NCBI GenBank assembly: GCA_965217895.1
Contig: CBDCJV010000002.1
Coordinates: 2,624,001 to 2,688,000 of the forward strand
DNA from: Waterburya sp.
GTDB taxonomy: Bacteria > Cyanobacteriota > Cyanobacteriia > Cyanobacteriales > Xenococcaceae
Reading direction: 5' to 3'
DNA length: 64,000 nt
A model generated the notes under the pieces. It was not told the DNA's origin. It was given only the letters and a program-made list of their open reading frames with translations, and ran no database searches. This document shows positions 19,805 to 29,072 of this stretch, in pieces. Position 1 is the stretch's first letter. Each line of letters starts with the position of its first letter. The position numbers and the translations under genes are program-made.

Positions 19805-20452
19805 TTACTTTGTTAAACCAGGAATACCATTTTTAACTGCGTTTTGGTTATTAGAGAGGAAGTCATAAAAGGGAAGATGCTGATGGAATACATCTAGTGT
19901 TCCTTGGGCGGTGGGTCGTCGCCAGTCTGCCTGTAAGTCGGCCGTGATTGATGGCCAGTTTACTACCTTAATTCCAGCCTGTACCATTCGCATACAAGAC
20001 ATCATTTCCGACATCTGATCCCAGCATCCCGAACAGTCATATACTGCGTATACGTCATAGCCTGCTGCTTTAGCTTGTAGTGCTGGAAACATGAGGCAAA
20101 CATCAGTAGTAACACCTGACATGATGAGTTTTTGACGACCAGTGGCTTCAACAGCTTGAACAAAGTTTGGGTCATCCCAAGCACTGATCGGACCAGGACG
20201 ATAGATAGTAGGTGTATCAGGAAACATTTCGGTCAACTCTTCCATAAGCGGACCGTTAGGACCTTCTGCATAGCTTGCTGTAAGAACGGTTGGCAAGTCG
20301 TGCATCTTTGCCGTTTTGGCTAATGCCAATACGTTGCTGCGAAACTCAGACAGTTTGATATCTTGAACGCCCAGCATCGTTCCTGTCTGGTGATCGATCA
20401 TTAACATGGCGCAGTTGTCTTTGGTCAATCGGTCGTAATAAATATTGTCCAT
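19805..20452 (-). CDS. YcaC-type hydrolase (copy 3)
   Basis: YDRLTKDN, LMIDHQ, GPNGP, RPG.ISAW, TTDVC. Confidence 0.92.
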   Translation of the reverse strand: MDNIYYDRLTKDNCAMLMIDHQTGTMLGVQDIKLSEFRSNVLALAKTAKMHDLPTVLTASYAEGPNGPLMEELTEMFPDTPTIYRPGPISAWDDPNFVQAVEATGRQKLIMSGVTTDVCLMFPALQAKAAGYDVYAVYDCSGCWDQMSEMMSCMRMVQAGIKVVNWPSITADLQADWRRPTAQGTLDVFHQHLPFYDFLSNNQNAVKNGIPGLTK

Positions 20453-20578
20453 TTTGGTTTTTCTTTGTTGTTAAAGTATATTTCTGAGCGCGATTTGATT
20501 ATTGACTACTTACATCTAAAAAAACAAGTAGGTACAAAAAGATGCTATACGTACAAAAATGTGTGTAACCTTGAATCC

Positions 20579-20950
20579 ATGACCAACGAAAAACCAAATA
20601 ATGTTTTAGATTCACATCCCTATTTACGTCAAGCTCTCAATTTGATTACAGATAAATGGGTTGTTGCAGTGCTATATGTTCTTTCTTACGGTACAAAGCG
20701 TTACGGAGAAATTCAGAGGGAGATTGGAGATATCTCACAGCGAATGCTGACTCGCACATTAAGAGATTTAGAACGTAATGGATTAGTGCATCGCCAAGTC
20801 TATCCTGTTGTGCCACCAATGGTTGAATATTCATTGACTTCTCTTGGCAAATCCCTTAGCGAAGTCGCAAAAACTCTCTGCAATTGGTCAATAGATAATT
20901 TTCAGCAAGTGGAAATTGCCAGAAAAAACTTTGACAATGTTGAAAAGTAA
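20579..20950 (+). CDS. HxlR/DUF24 winged-helix regulator
   Basis: DKW..VL..L..G.KRY.E...ISQRML...LR.LE..GLV.R..YP.VPP.VEYSLT; likely start is the ATG at 20579. Confidence 0.93.
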   Translation: MTNEKPNNVLDSHPYLRQALNLITDKWVVAVLYVLSYGTKRYGEIQREIGDISQRMLTRTLRDLERNGLVHRQVYPVVPPMVEYSLTSLGKSLSEVAKTLCNWSIDNFQQVEIARKNFDNVEK

Positions 20951-21076
20951 CGGGCATTGCTGAGTAAGCAGTGATCAGTTGTCAAAAAAGAACTGATATC
21001 GCTTAAAAACAGCTTTGATCCTGCTTAGTAGTCGATCGCCACCAAGGCAGCACTGTTATAAATAATAAATAAATGT

Positions 21077-22714
21077 TTAGATTGACAAGAACTGATGTAC
21101 GAACTTTACCGTCATCGAGCCTTCCCCGACCGCCGAAGCTACTCGCTTGATAGAATCAAAACGCACGTCCCCCGCTGCAAAAATTCTTGGTTGAGAAGTT
21201 TCTAGTAAAAAAGGTTGACGATTATGCGATCGCTTTTCTTCATCACTTAGCTGCATTCCTGTTTTGATAAATCCTTTTTCATCGGTAGCAATATTTTTGG
21301 GTAGCCAATCAGTACAAGGGGTCGCACCAATAAAGATAAATACTCCTGAAACATTAACCTCTCGTGTTTCTTGAGTTTGATTGTTAGTAATTTCTACTAC
21401 TTCCAAGCAATCATCCCCCATCATTTTTGTGACTTCGCTATGAGTTAGAAGCTCAATTTCATTACTTTGTTCAAGGCGATCGCTCAAGTATGCCGACATA
21501 CTATCACTGAGATTATCACCCCGAATCAATAACAAAACTTTCTTAGCATATTGAGACAGAAAAATAGCAGCCTGTCCAGCCGAATTACCACCGCCAACAA
21601 TTACCACCGTGCGATCGCGACACAATTCGGCTTCTACAGCCGTGGCACTATAATAAACCCCGCTGTCTTCAAATTCTTCGCATCTATCTACTGGTAAACG
21701 TCGATAATTAACCCCTGTGGCAATCAAGACACAACGAGCAGTTACTTCTTGTTCGTCGGCAAGCTTAATAATTTTATATCCTTTGTCTGATTCTATACCG
21801 ATTACTTCTGCTGGATTGGTAATCTGCGCCCCAAACTTTTCTGCCTGTATCGAAGCGCGGTTAGCTAAATCTGTCCCTGAAAGTCCTAGAGGAAAACCCA
21901 TATAGTTTTCAATTTTAGAACTACAGCCAGCTTGTCCTCCTGGCGTATTTTTTTCTAGCACTACCGTTTTTAGTCCTTCGGATGCACCATAAACCGCTCC
22001 TGCCAAGCCTCCTGGTCCTGCACCAATAATCGCCAAATCGTAGACGACATCTTCCAAAGATTTTTTAATTCCCAAAACTTCAGCTAGTTTAACATTGTCA
22101 GGATTTCTAAGGACTGAACTATTACCGAATAAAACAATTGGCAGATTATCTCTTTTTACCTCAAATTGCTGAAGCAGCTTATCGACAGCGCGATCGCTCT
22201 CTAGCTCGATCCAGGTAAAAGGAACTCTATTTTTTGCCAAAAAATCGCGCAGTCTGAAAGTATCGCGATCGTATTTTGAACCGACTATTCTTAAGCCAAC
22301 AAACTCAGAAGATTCTAGCAGTTGTCTGCGAGTCAAAAAGGCTTGGAGGATACAATCACCAAGTTGAGGAATCTCTTTAAGAATTTGCTTAAGATCGGCG
22401 TTAGAAACTTCATAAATTTGGCAATCACCTATGGCATATGCGCTTACAGGGGAGGGACTACCAGTTAACATCGAGATATCCCCCGTAAACTCTTTCTCTT
22501 CATGAACGGTAACAGTCTTTTGCTTTCCTGTAGAGCGTTCGACAATCTCTACCTGTCCTTGCTTAATGACAAAGAACTTAAAATCACTGTCTCCAGCTTT
22601 AAATAAATGTTCTCCATCCTGATAACTTTTTAATGTAGTAAATTTAGCCAAAGCCGATAGCTGCTTATCCGTTAGTTGAGGAAAAGCCATTTGCTTTAAA
22701 TTATCTTTGGTCAT
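21077..22714 (-). CDS. cNMP-binding domain fused to a thioredoxin-reductase-like FAD oxidoreductase
   Basis: N-terminal cNMP fold; GAGPGG, GGQA..SSKIENY, GGGNSAGQ, GDVR, ASAVGEG; the CxxC position reads SATAVEAELC. Confidence 0.9.
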   Translation of the reverse strand: MTKDNLKQMAFPQLTDKQLSALAKFTTLKSYQDGEHLFKAGDSDFKFFVIKQGQVEIVERSTGKQKTVTVHEEKEFTGDISMLTGSPSPVSAYAIGDCQIYEVSNADLKQILKEIPQLGDCILQAFLTRRQLLESSEFVGLRIVGSKYDRDTFRLRDFLAKNRVPFTWIELESDRAVDKLLQQFEVKRDNLPIVLFGNSSVLRNPDNVKLAEVLGIKKSLEDVVYDLAIIGAGPGGLAGAVYGASEGLKTVVLEKNTPGGQAGCSSKIENYMGFPLGLSGTDLANRASIQAEKFGAQITNPAEVIGIESDKGYKIIKLADEQEVTARCVLIATGVNYRRLPVDRCEEFEDSGVYYSATAVEAELCRDRTVVIVGGGNSAGQAAIFLSQYAKKVLLLIRGDNLSDSMSAYLSDRLEQSNEIELLTHSEVTKMMGDDCLEVVEITNNQTQETREVNVSGVFIFIGATPCTDWLPKNIATDEKGFIKTGMQLSDEEKRSHNRQPFLLETSQPRIFAAGDVRFDSIKRVASAVGEGSMTVKFVHQFLSI

Positions 22715-22884
22715 TATCTTTAACTAATAATTGCACTTTACAGATTACCAATTAACTGAACAAGAAAGTAAAAGTTACTATGGGAGATAATTATTTATAT
22801 ATAGTCTTAACTTCGACTACTATACATTTTATTAAAATTACTATTGCGCTATGTTTTTCCTCATCCCTTATCCTTCTAAAAGAG

Positions 22885-22925
22885 GTAGGGTAATCCGCAC
22901 AGTTGGAGGTAGGGTATCCTGGAAC
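22885..22925. promoter_or_regulatory. Two K-box-like sites upstream of htpG
   Basis: GTAGGG-TAAT-CCGCAC and GTAGGG-TATCC-TGGAAC; resemble the site at 40478-40493. Confidence 0.5.
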
Positions 22926-22994
22926 ATTTTAGCTGGAGCGATCGGACAATATTAATATTGAAGGAAATCTACGATTGAGACTGTAACTATAAAT

Positions 22995-24971
22995 ATGGCT
23001 GTACTTGAAAAAGGCAACATTACGATTCATACCGAGAATATCTTCCCGATTATTAAGAAGTCTCTTTATACCGATCACGAAATCTTCTTGCGGGAACTAA
23101 TTTCTAACTCTGTTGATGCGATCTCGAAACTAAAGATGGCATCTTTGGCGGGTGAAATGCAGGGAGAAATTGCTGAACCTCAAATCAAACTGGCAGTTGA
23201 TAAAACTAAGAAAACTCTTTCCATCGCTGATAACGGTATTGGCATGACTGCCGATGAGATCAAAAAATATATCAATCAAGTCGCTTTTTCTAGTGCTGAA
23301 GACTTTATCAAAAAATATGAAAAAAATTCCAATGAGCTAATTGGTCATTTTGGCTTAGGCTTCTACTCTGCTTTTATGGTGGCAGCGAAAGTAGAAATCG
23401 ATACCCTATCTTATCAAGAAGGCGCAACTGCGGTACATTGGTCTTGTGATGGTTCACCAGAGTTTGAACTGACTCAAAGCGATCGCACCACTGTCGGTAC
23501 AACTATTACTCTTACTTTGCAAGACGAAGAGCTAGAATATGCCGAACCTCAAAGAGTCAAACAGTTAGTCAAAACCTACTGTGACTTTATGCCTGTCAAG
23601 ATTGTTCTAGATAACGAACAAATTAATAAGCAGGAGGCACTTTGGAAAAAATCCCCCCAAGAATTAACAGACAAAGATTATCTAGAGTTTTATCGTTATC
23701 TTTATCCTTTCCAAGAAGATCCTTTGTTATGGGTGCATTTAAATACAGACTATCCTTTTTTACTCAACGGAATTCTCTATTTTCCCAAACTTAAACCCGA
23801 CGTAGACTTTTCTAAAGGACAAATTCAGCTTTTCTGCAACCAGGTATTTGTTAGCAAACACTGTGAGGAGATTATCCCCGAATTTTTAATGCCGTTGCAG
23901 GGTGTAATTGATAGTCCTGATATTCCTCTCAACGTTTCCCGTAGTGCTTTAACTAACGATCGCACCGTCCGCCGTATTGCTGACTTTATTAGTAAGAAAA
24001 TTGGTAATCGTCTCAAGTCTCTTTACAACGAAGATCGTAACAAATACGTTAGCTCTTGGTCAGATGTAGGCACGTTTGTAAAATACGGCGCAATTAGAGA
24101 CGAGAAGTTTAAAAAACAGGTAGAGGATCTAATTATCTACCGCACTACCTATCAAGCAGATACATCAAATCCTGCACCAGAAGAAGCACCAAAAGTTGAA
24201 GTGCAGTCTGCTGGGGATGATGCTTGGTCAAGTGTTGATGAGGATAAGAACACCGCACCAATAAAACCCTACACTACTTTACAAGAGTATCTAGACCGCA
24301 ACAAAGAAAAACAAGAAAACCGCGTTATTTACTGTAGCGATCCTGGTACGCAAAATACCTATGTCGAACTGTATAAAAATCAAGGCTTAGAAGTTCTCTT
24401 CCTCGACTCATTTATTGATACCAACTATTTTATTCCTTTTCTTGAGCGAGAATATTCTGAGGTCAAGTTCGCCCGTGTTGATTCAGAACTAGACGACACT
24501 TTAGTAGAAGACGACAAAGCACAAGAAATTGTCGATCCAACTACCAATAAGACTCGTAGCGAGTTGATTAAAGAGTTGTTTGAAAAAGCAATCAACAAGC
24601 CAAGAGTCAACATCAAAACTCAAGCTATCAAATCTGACGATCCTCAAGGTACACCTCCAGCAATGGTCTTGCTGCCTGAAGCTATGCGACGGATGCAGGA
24701 AATGGCTGCCTTGATGCAGGAAAAAATGATGGCATTCCCTGAAGATCATGTTCTCATGATCAATACTGCTCATCCTTTAATTCAAAACCTCTTGGATCTA
24801 AATAAAGGCACGATTATTCAAGATGGCGAAGATTCTAATCCTATGGTCAAGCTAATGTGCAACCATATTTATGATTTGGCTTTAATGTCCCAGAAAGCCT
24901 TTGATGCCGAGGGAATGAAAGCCTTTGTCGAACGTTCAAATGAAGTACTTACCAACTTGACTAAGAAATAA
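22995..24971 (+). CDS. htpG: Hsp90 chaperone
   Basis: FLRELISN, DNGIGM, IGHFGLGFYSAF, PLNVSRS. Confidence 0.97.
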   Translation: MAVLEKGNITIHTENIFPIIKKSLYTDHEIFLRELISNSVDAISKLKMASLAGEMQGEIAEPQIKLAVDKTKKTLSIADNGIGMTADEIKKYINQVAFSSAEDFIKKYEKNSNELIGHFGLGFYSAFMVAAKVEIDTLSYQEGATAVHWSCDGSPEFELTQSDRTTVGTTITLTLQDEELEYAEPQRVKQLVKTYCDFMPVKIVLDNEQINKQEALWKKSPQELTDKDYLEFYRYLYPFQEDPLLWVHLNTDYPFLLNGILYFPKLKPDVDFSKGQIQLFCNQVFVSKHCEEIIPEFLMPLQGVIDSPDIPLNVSRSALTNDRTVRRIADFISKKIGNRLKSLYNEDRNKYVSSWSDVGTFVKYGAIRDEKFKKQVEDLIIYRTTYQADTSNPAPEEAPKVEVQSAGDDAWSSVDEDKNTAPIKPYTTLQEYLDRNKEKQENRVIYCSDPGTQNTYVELYKNQGLEVLFLDSFIDTNYFIPFLEREYSEVKFARVDSELDDTLVEDDKAQEIVDPTTNKTRSELIKELFEKAINKPRVNIKTQAIKSDDPQGTPPAMVLLPEAMRRMQEMAALMQEKMMAFPEDHVLMINTAHPLIQNLLDLNKGTIIQDGEDSNPMVKLMCNHIYDLALMSQKAFDAEGMKAFVERSNEVLTNLTKK

Positions 24972-25130
24972 TATCAATTCCTAAAAGGAATGATACGAAT
25001 CAGGTGACGGGGTGACGAGGTGACGAGGAGCGACTACGCAGGTGAGGCGGAAACGGCGAGGTTTCCTCACCATGTTCCACGCCGTAGCAAATCCCTCTCC
25101 CAGTCCCCAAGTCCCCAAGTCCATAAATTA
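24972..25130. repeat. Composite dispersed repeat or truncated MITE abutting the IS630
   Basis: (GGTGACGR)x3, a GC-rich hairpin core and (CCAAGTCC)n; no matching second end. Confidence 0.55.
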
Positions 25131-26291
25131 TACTAAATCCGATTACCAAAGTGTGTATAAAATAGTGAGGAATAACTTAAAAATGTTAAATGCCAAAAAC
25201 AGCTTATTTAGCAAAACATTTTAGTTCTTCTGAACTAAAAGAAAAGTATCTGAAGAGTCAAAACTCAGTGGAAGTGAGAAGATGGCATCTGAATCGCGAA
25301 AATATCTTTGGGATGGACGATTAAAAATAGTGCGCTCGCTGTGGGATGTTCTTATTCTTATGCTCAAAAGATTCTCGGTCGGTACAACCTCTATGGAGAG
25401 GAAGGGGTCAAAAATTGCCAAAATAAAACCAGCAATCATGTTAGAGGAAAAAAAAGGTTACTATCACAACCACAATTAGAAAAACTAACAAAAGCGATCG
25501 CCAAAGAGTTACCAGACGGAGGAATCTGGACAGGAACTAAGGTAGCTCGCTGGATTGAAAAAGAAACGGGCAGAGAAAAAGTCGGGAATCAGAGAGGATG
25601 GGACTACTTAAAAAAGTGCGGTTACTCTTGGCAAAGTCCAAGACCAACACATAAAAAAGCCAATAAATTAGAGCAAGAGATGTTCAAAAGTAACTTGCCA
25701 TTGAAACTTAAGCAACTTGAACAAGAAAATCCAGATGTGGAGGTAGAACTGTGGTTTTTCGACGAGCATAGAGTAGGATTAAAACCAATACTAAAAAAGG
25801 TTTGGTCAAAAGTTGGTCATCGACCAGAAGCAATAGTACAACATCGATACGAATGGTTGTATGTTTATGGGTTCGTTAAGCCAAAAACTGGAGAAACTTT
25901 ATGGTATCTAATTCCCAGAGTTAATACAAATTGGCTGAATCTGGTTTATCAACAGTTTGCTATTGATGCTGGAATTAATAATCAAAAAAAATTCTTTTGA
26001 TAGAAGATAATGCAGGATGGCATCACAGCAAAAAAGCGATTATTCCAGAGGGAATAAAGATTGATTTTTTACCTCCTTATTCTCCAGAGTTACAGCCAGC
26101 CGAAAGGTTATGGCAGTTAGTAGATGAACCTCTGGTAAATCAATATTTTGAAACTATCAATGAGATAGAGGACATTTTAGTTGAGCGTTGTTGTGTAGTC
26201 AGTGAAATGAAAGATGAAGTTCGTAAATTGACTAACTATCATTGGCTAAAAAACGCTTGTTGTTTACATACTTTATAAATCGGATTTAGTA
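25131..26291 (+). mobile_element. IS630 family element, degenerate
   Basis: 27-bp imperfect TIRs TACTAAATCCGATTACCAAAGTGTGTA / TACATACTTTATAAATCGGATTTAGTA with TA ends; DEHR, DNAGWH and YSPELQPAE motifs. Confidence 0.93.
25190..26278 (+). pseudogene. IS630 transposase in three frames
   Basis: ATG at 25190 gives MPKTAYL..RRWHL; +1 shift near 25295; -1 shift at the A8 run 25984-25991. Confidence 0.85.
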
Positions 26292-26292
26292 T

Positions 26293-26361
26293 CAGTCAAT
26301 TTATAGTGTCAGAAATCCCGACAAGCTCAAGCAGATTTACAAGGAAATATCTTTAGAGTAG
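26293..26361 (+). pseudogene. 3' remnant of an ECF41-type sigma factor
   Basis: Reads QSIYSVRNPDKLKQIYKEISLE* directly after the IS end; NPDKL is the ECF41 C-terminal signature. Confidence 0.75.
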
Positions 26362-26448
26362 CAAGCGATCATCGAACCACTTCAAACTCGATCTAGCCAG
26401 GGCAATTGAGAAGCAAATTGACAATGTGATTCAAAAAAATCGTTTATC

Positions 26449-26475
26449 TGTCACAACCAATGAAGCTATTTCGTC
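26449..26475 (+). promoter_or_regulatory. ECF41-type promoter
   Basis: TGTCACA-N16-CGTC, 45 nt before the first nitroreductase ATG. Confidence 0.8.
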
Positions 26476-26520
26476 TTAATTTACAAAGATCTCATATCTA
26501 AAAATTGGTAAGGAGCAATC

Positions 26521-27150
26521 ATGTCTGAAAAAAGAGCGTCAACAGACTACCCGATCCACAAATTTCTTGCAGAACGCTGGAGTCCTTATGCCTTTGAGGA
26601 ACGTCCAGTTTCCGAAGCAGATCTCTGTTCGTTGTTCGAGGCAGCACGATGGGCAGCGTCTTCTTATAATGAGCAACCTTGGAACTATATCGTCGCAACT
26701 AAAGAAAACTCCGACCATTTTCAACAGCTTTTATCCTGTCTTGTCGAAGAAAATCAGATCTGGGCAAAGAACGCCCCAGTTTTAGCTTTGGGCATTGCCA
26801 GCCTTAAATTTGCTCTCAATAACAAAGACAATCGGGCAGCGATTCACGACCTTGGACTTGCTACTGGCAATCTTTCGGTGGAGGCGACGGCAAGAGGAAT
26901 TTGTGTGCATCAAATGATTGGGATCTATCCCGACAAAGCACGGGATATCTTTGACATACCCGATGGTTATGAGGCGTGGACAGCTTTGGCAATCGGCTAT
27001 CGAGGCGAGCCGATGACGCTCCTAGATCCTCTCAAGGAACGTGACTTGATACCGAGGCAGCGCAAACCTTTGGAGCAATTTGTATTCAGTGGTAAGTGGG
27101 GAAATCCTACATTGTTGGTGAGTCAAGCAGTAACATCCGAACAAGCTTAG
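26521..27150 (+). CDS. Nitroreductase family protein
   Basis: ERWSPYAF, AASSYNEQPW, HDLG, HQMIG, RKPL. Confidence 0.93.
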   Translation: MSEKRASTDYPIHKFLAERWSPYAFEERPVSEADLCSLFEAARWAASSYNEQPWNYIVATKENSDHFQQLLSCLVEENQIWAKNAPVLALGIASLKFALNNKDNRAAIHDLGLATGNLSVEATARGICVHQMIGIYPDKARDIFDIPDGYEAWTALAIGYRGEPMTLLDPLKERDLIPRQRKPLEQFVFSGKWGNPTLLVSQAVTSEQA

Positions 27151-27198
27151 TTAACAACAATACAGTTGATACTTATTTTTCATAGAGGTTAATTTAAT

Positions 27199-27849
27199 AT
27201 GTTCGATCTCGACCAAACTATCAAAGACCGACACTCAACACGCAAATTCTTATCCCAGCCTGTGCCACGAACTTTGCTCGATCAAGCCCTTGCACTAGCA
27301 CAACACGCACCGTCGAATTCAAACATCCAACCCTGGCGGATGGTTTTTGCTGAAGGTGTCCGTCGCGATTGTCTGAAAGAAGCTTTGCTAAACCAAGCCA
27401 AGCAGCAACAACCCAATATTCCGCCCCTGCCAGGGTCCTTCCAGCATTACCGCCAGGAACTGGGCGCACAGGTCTATGGAGCGATGGGGATTGCTCGTGA
27501 CGATAAAGTTAACAGACAGCTAGCTGTTTTGCGTAATTATGAATTTTTTGGCGCACCAATAGTCGGTATTGTCTGTATGCACCAAGATTTAGGTATGGCA
27601 GATGCTTTGAGTGTGGGGATGTATCTACAAACCCTGGTGTTGTGCCTAACTGCTCGTGGACTCGGCACCTGCGTAGAAGTTTCGCTTACGGGCTATCCTG
27701 AAATCATTCGTCGCGAGTTGAACATCGCGCCAGAATTATTAATTATTTGTGGTTTAGCTGTTGGCTACTGCGATCCTGATTTTCCAGCCAATCATCTGCA
27801 TACAAACCGTGAAGTTGTTGAGAAAGACGTCTGGTTTCTCAATAATTAA
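27199..27849 (+). CDS. Nitroreductase family protein (second subfamily)
   Basis: RHSTRKF, APSNSNIQPW, RNYEFFGAP, GLGTC. Confidence 0.93.
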   Translation: MFDLDQTIKDRHSTRKFLSQPVPRTLLDQALALAQHAPSNSNIQPWRMVFAEGVRRDCLKEALLNQAKQQQPNIPPLPGSFQHYRQELGAQVYGAMGIARDDKVNRQLAVLRNYEFFGAPIVGIVCMHQDLGMADALSVGMYLQTLVLCLTARGLGTCVEVSLTGYPEIIRRELNIAPELLIICGLAVGYCDPDFPANHLHTNREVVEKDVWFLNN

Positions 27850-28006
27850 GCAAAATTTAGAATGACATCATTTGATGCGGTCGAGCAGGCTTACATTTAT
27901 TTAAAGAGAAAGACATTTCTCGTTATTTTTTCCTAATATCTCCTGACATAGAGTTTTATCAAATGTCAAACTACATAAAAGCTACGCTGTGCGATCGAGC
28001 TTATGT

Positions 28007-28033
28007 TGTCACAACTAATGATGCTATCTCGTC
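28007..28033 (+). promoter_or_regulatory. ECF41-type promoter (second copy)
   Basis: TGTCACA-ACTAATGATGCTATCT-CGTC; spacer matches the first copy at 13 of 16 positions. Confidence 0.8.
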
Positions 28034-28102
28034 TTATTTGTAGATAACTTATCTAGATACTTTTTCAAGTTTCAAAAAAACACTAATAAAGAGGGTTTTG
28101 AG

Positions 28103-28381
28103 ATGGATAATCTTACAGCTTCTACTAACTCGCCCGTAACGCCACCCGAAGTTACATTAATTCCCAATAACTCACTACTAACTGAGACACCAGAAGCAGG
28201 ACGACAACTGGCAGTCAAAATGGCACGGCTGATTATTAAACTGACTCAGCCTGACGAAGAAAAACGCAACCAGTTAAGAGAGGTTTATGGCAATGATGCC
28301 ATGATGCTAATTGCGGTGGGACAGACAGTGGCGACAGAGTTTGCCACGATCGCTGCTGCTAATAATTACTGGCAGAAGTAG
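28103..28381 (+). CDS. Hexameric tyrosine-coordinated heme protein (HTHP)
   Basis: L.TETPE.G..LAVK.AR..K.TQPD...R..LR.VY..D...IAAANNYW, with the conserved Arg and heme-ligand Tyr. Confidence 0.88.
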   Translation: MDNLTASTNSPVTPPEVTLIPNNSLLTETPEAGRQLAVKMARLIIKLTQPDEEKRNQLREVYGNDAMMLIAVGQTVATEFATIAAANNYWQK

Positions 28382-28405
28382 TCTTTTTAAAGACTCAGAT
28401 TAAAT

Positions 28406-28882
28406 ATGCTTAGAGGTAAATTTTATGCGCACAAAGTTGAAACTCTTGCCAAATTCTACCTAGAAGGAAAATCTGTTGACATCTCAGACATAGTCCAGCA
28501 AGAACTTTGTGACTGGCTCATGGATGAGTTTCAGCAACTGCCGATTAATCCCATGTTTTCTGACTATATGCGCTATCGGACGGCTGCCCAAATGTGTGAG
28601 GATATTGCCCAAGAAAAGCTTTGGGTGTCGGCTGATAGTTACGACAGCGAGATTTATCCCAACCCGTTTTATGGTTTTGCCTTCCTGGCAATTCATGATT
28701 ATTACCACTGTGTAGCACAGGCTGACTTTAGCCTTGAAGGAGAAATCATTGCTTACCATACGCTGGCAAATCGAGTCCCCAGTTTAGAGATTCAAAAAAT
28801 TCTCTACTCCGAAATTGTGCTGAAATCGTCTGCTCACATTTACTTGAATCATTTACCTGAACCTAAACTCGTATTCCCCTAA
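28406..28882 (+). CDS. Uncharacterised protein with an HDxxH...FS..GE motif
   Basis: Intact 158-aa ORF starting 24 nt after the HTHP stop. Confidence 0.75.
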   Translation: MLRGKFYAHKVETLAKFYLEGKSVDISDIVQQELCDWLMDEFQQLPINPMFSDYMRYRTAAQMCEDIAQEKLWVSADSYDSEIYPNPFYGFAFLAIHDYYHCVAQADFSLEGEIIAYHTLANRVPSLEIQKILYSEIVLKSSAHIYLNHLPEPKLVFP

Positions 28883-28904
28883 ACGTCTATTCTTTGCCCA
28901 ACAT

Positions 28905-29069
28905 ATGAATACTACAATTGCCTCATCTAATAGTTCTTTTGCTGCTACTTTAAAGGATTTAATTGAATACTCTACAAATGGTAAAGTGAACCACAGACTC
29001 AAACATAAACGCGCACTTACTACCAGAGGTAGTCGCGGTATTGGAGCCACAATTTTTGAGGAGCAATAA
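28905..29069 (+). pseudogene. Chimeric 54-aa remnant ending in an SDR N-terminus
   Basis: ..TLKDLIEYSTNG joined to RLKHKRALTTRGSRGIGATI, a degenerate TGxxxGIG motif. Confidence 0.55.
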
Positions 29070-29072
29070 GCA

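Noticed and set aside
25042..25479. Short ORFs 25042-25224, 25221-25439 and 25282-25479
   Set aside because: They cross repeat and IS ends or are alternative frames of the transposase.
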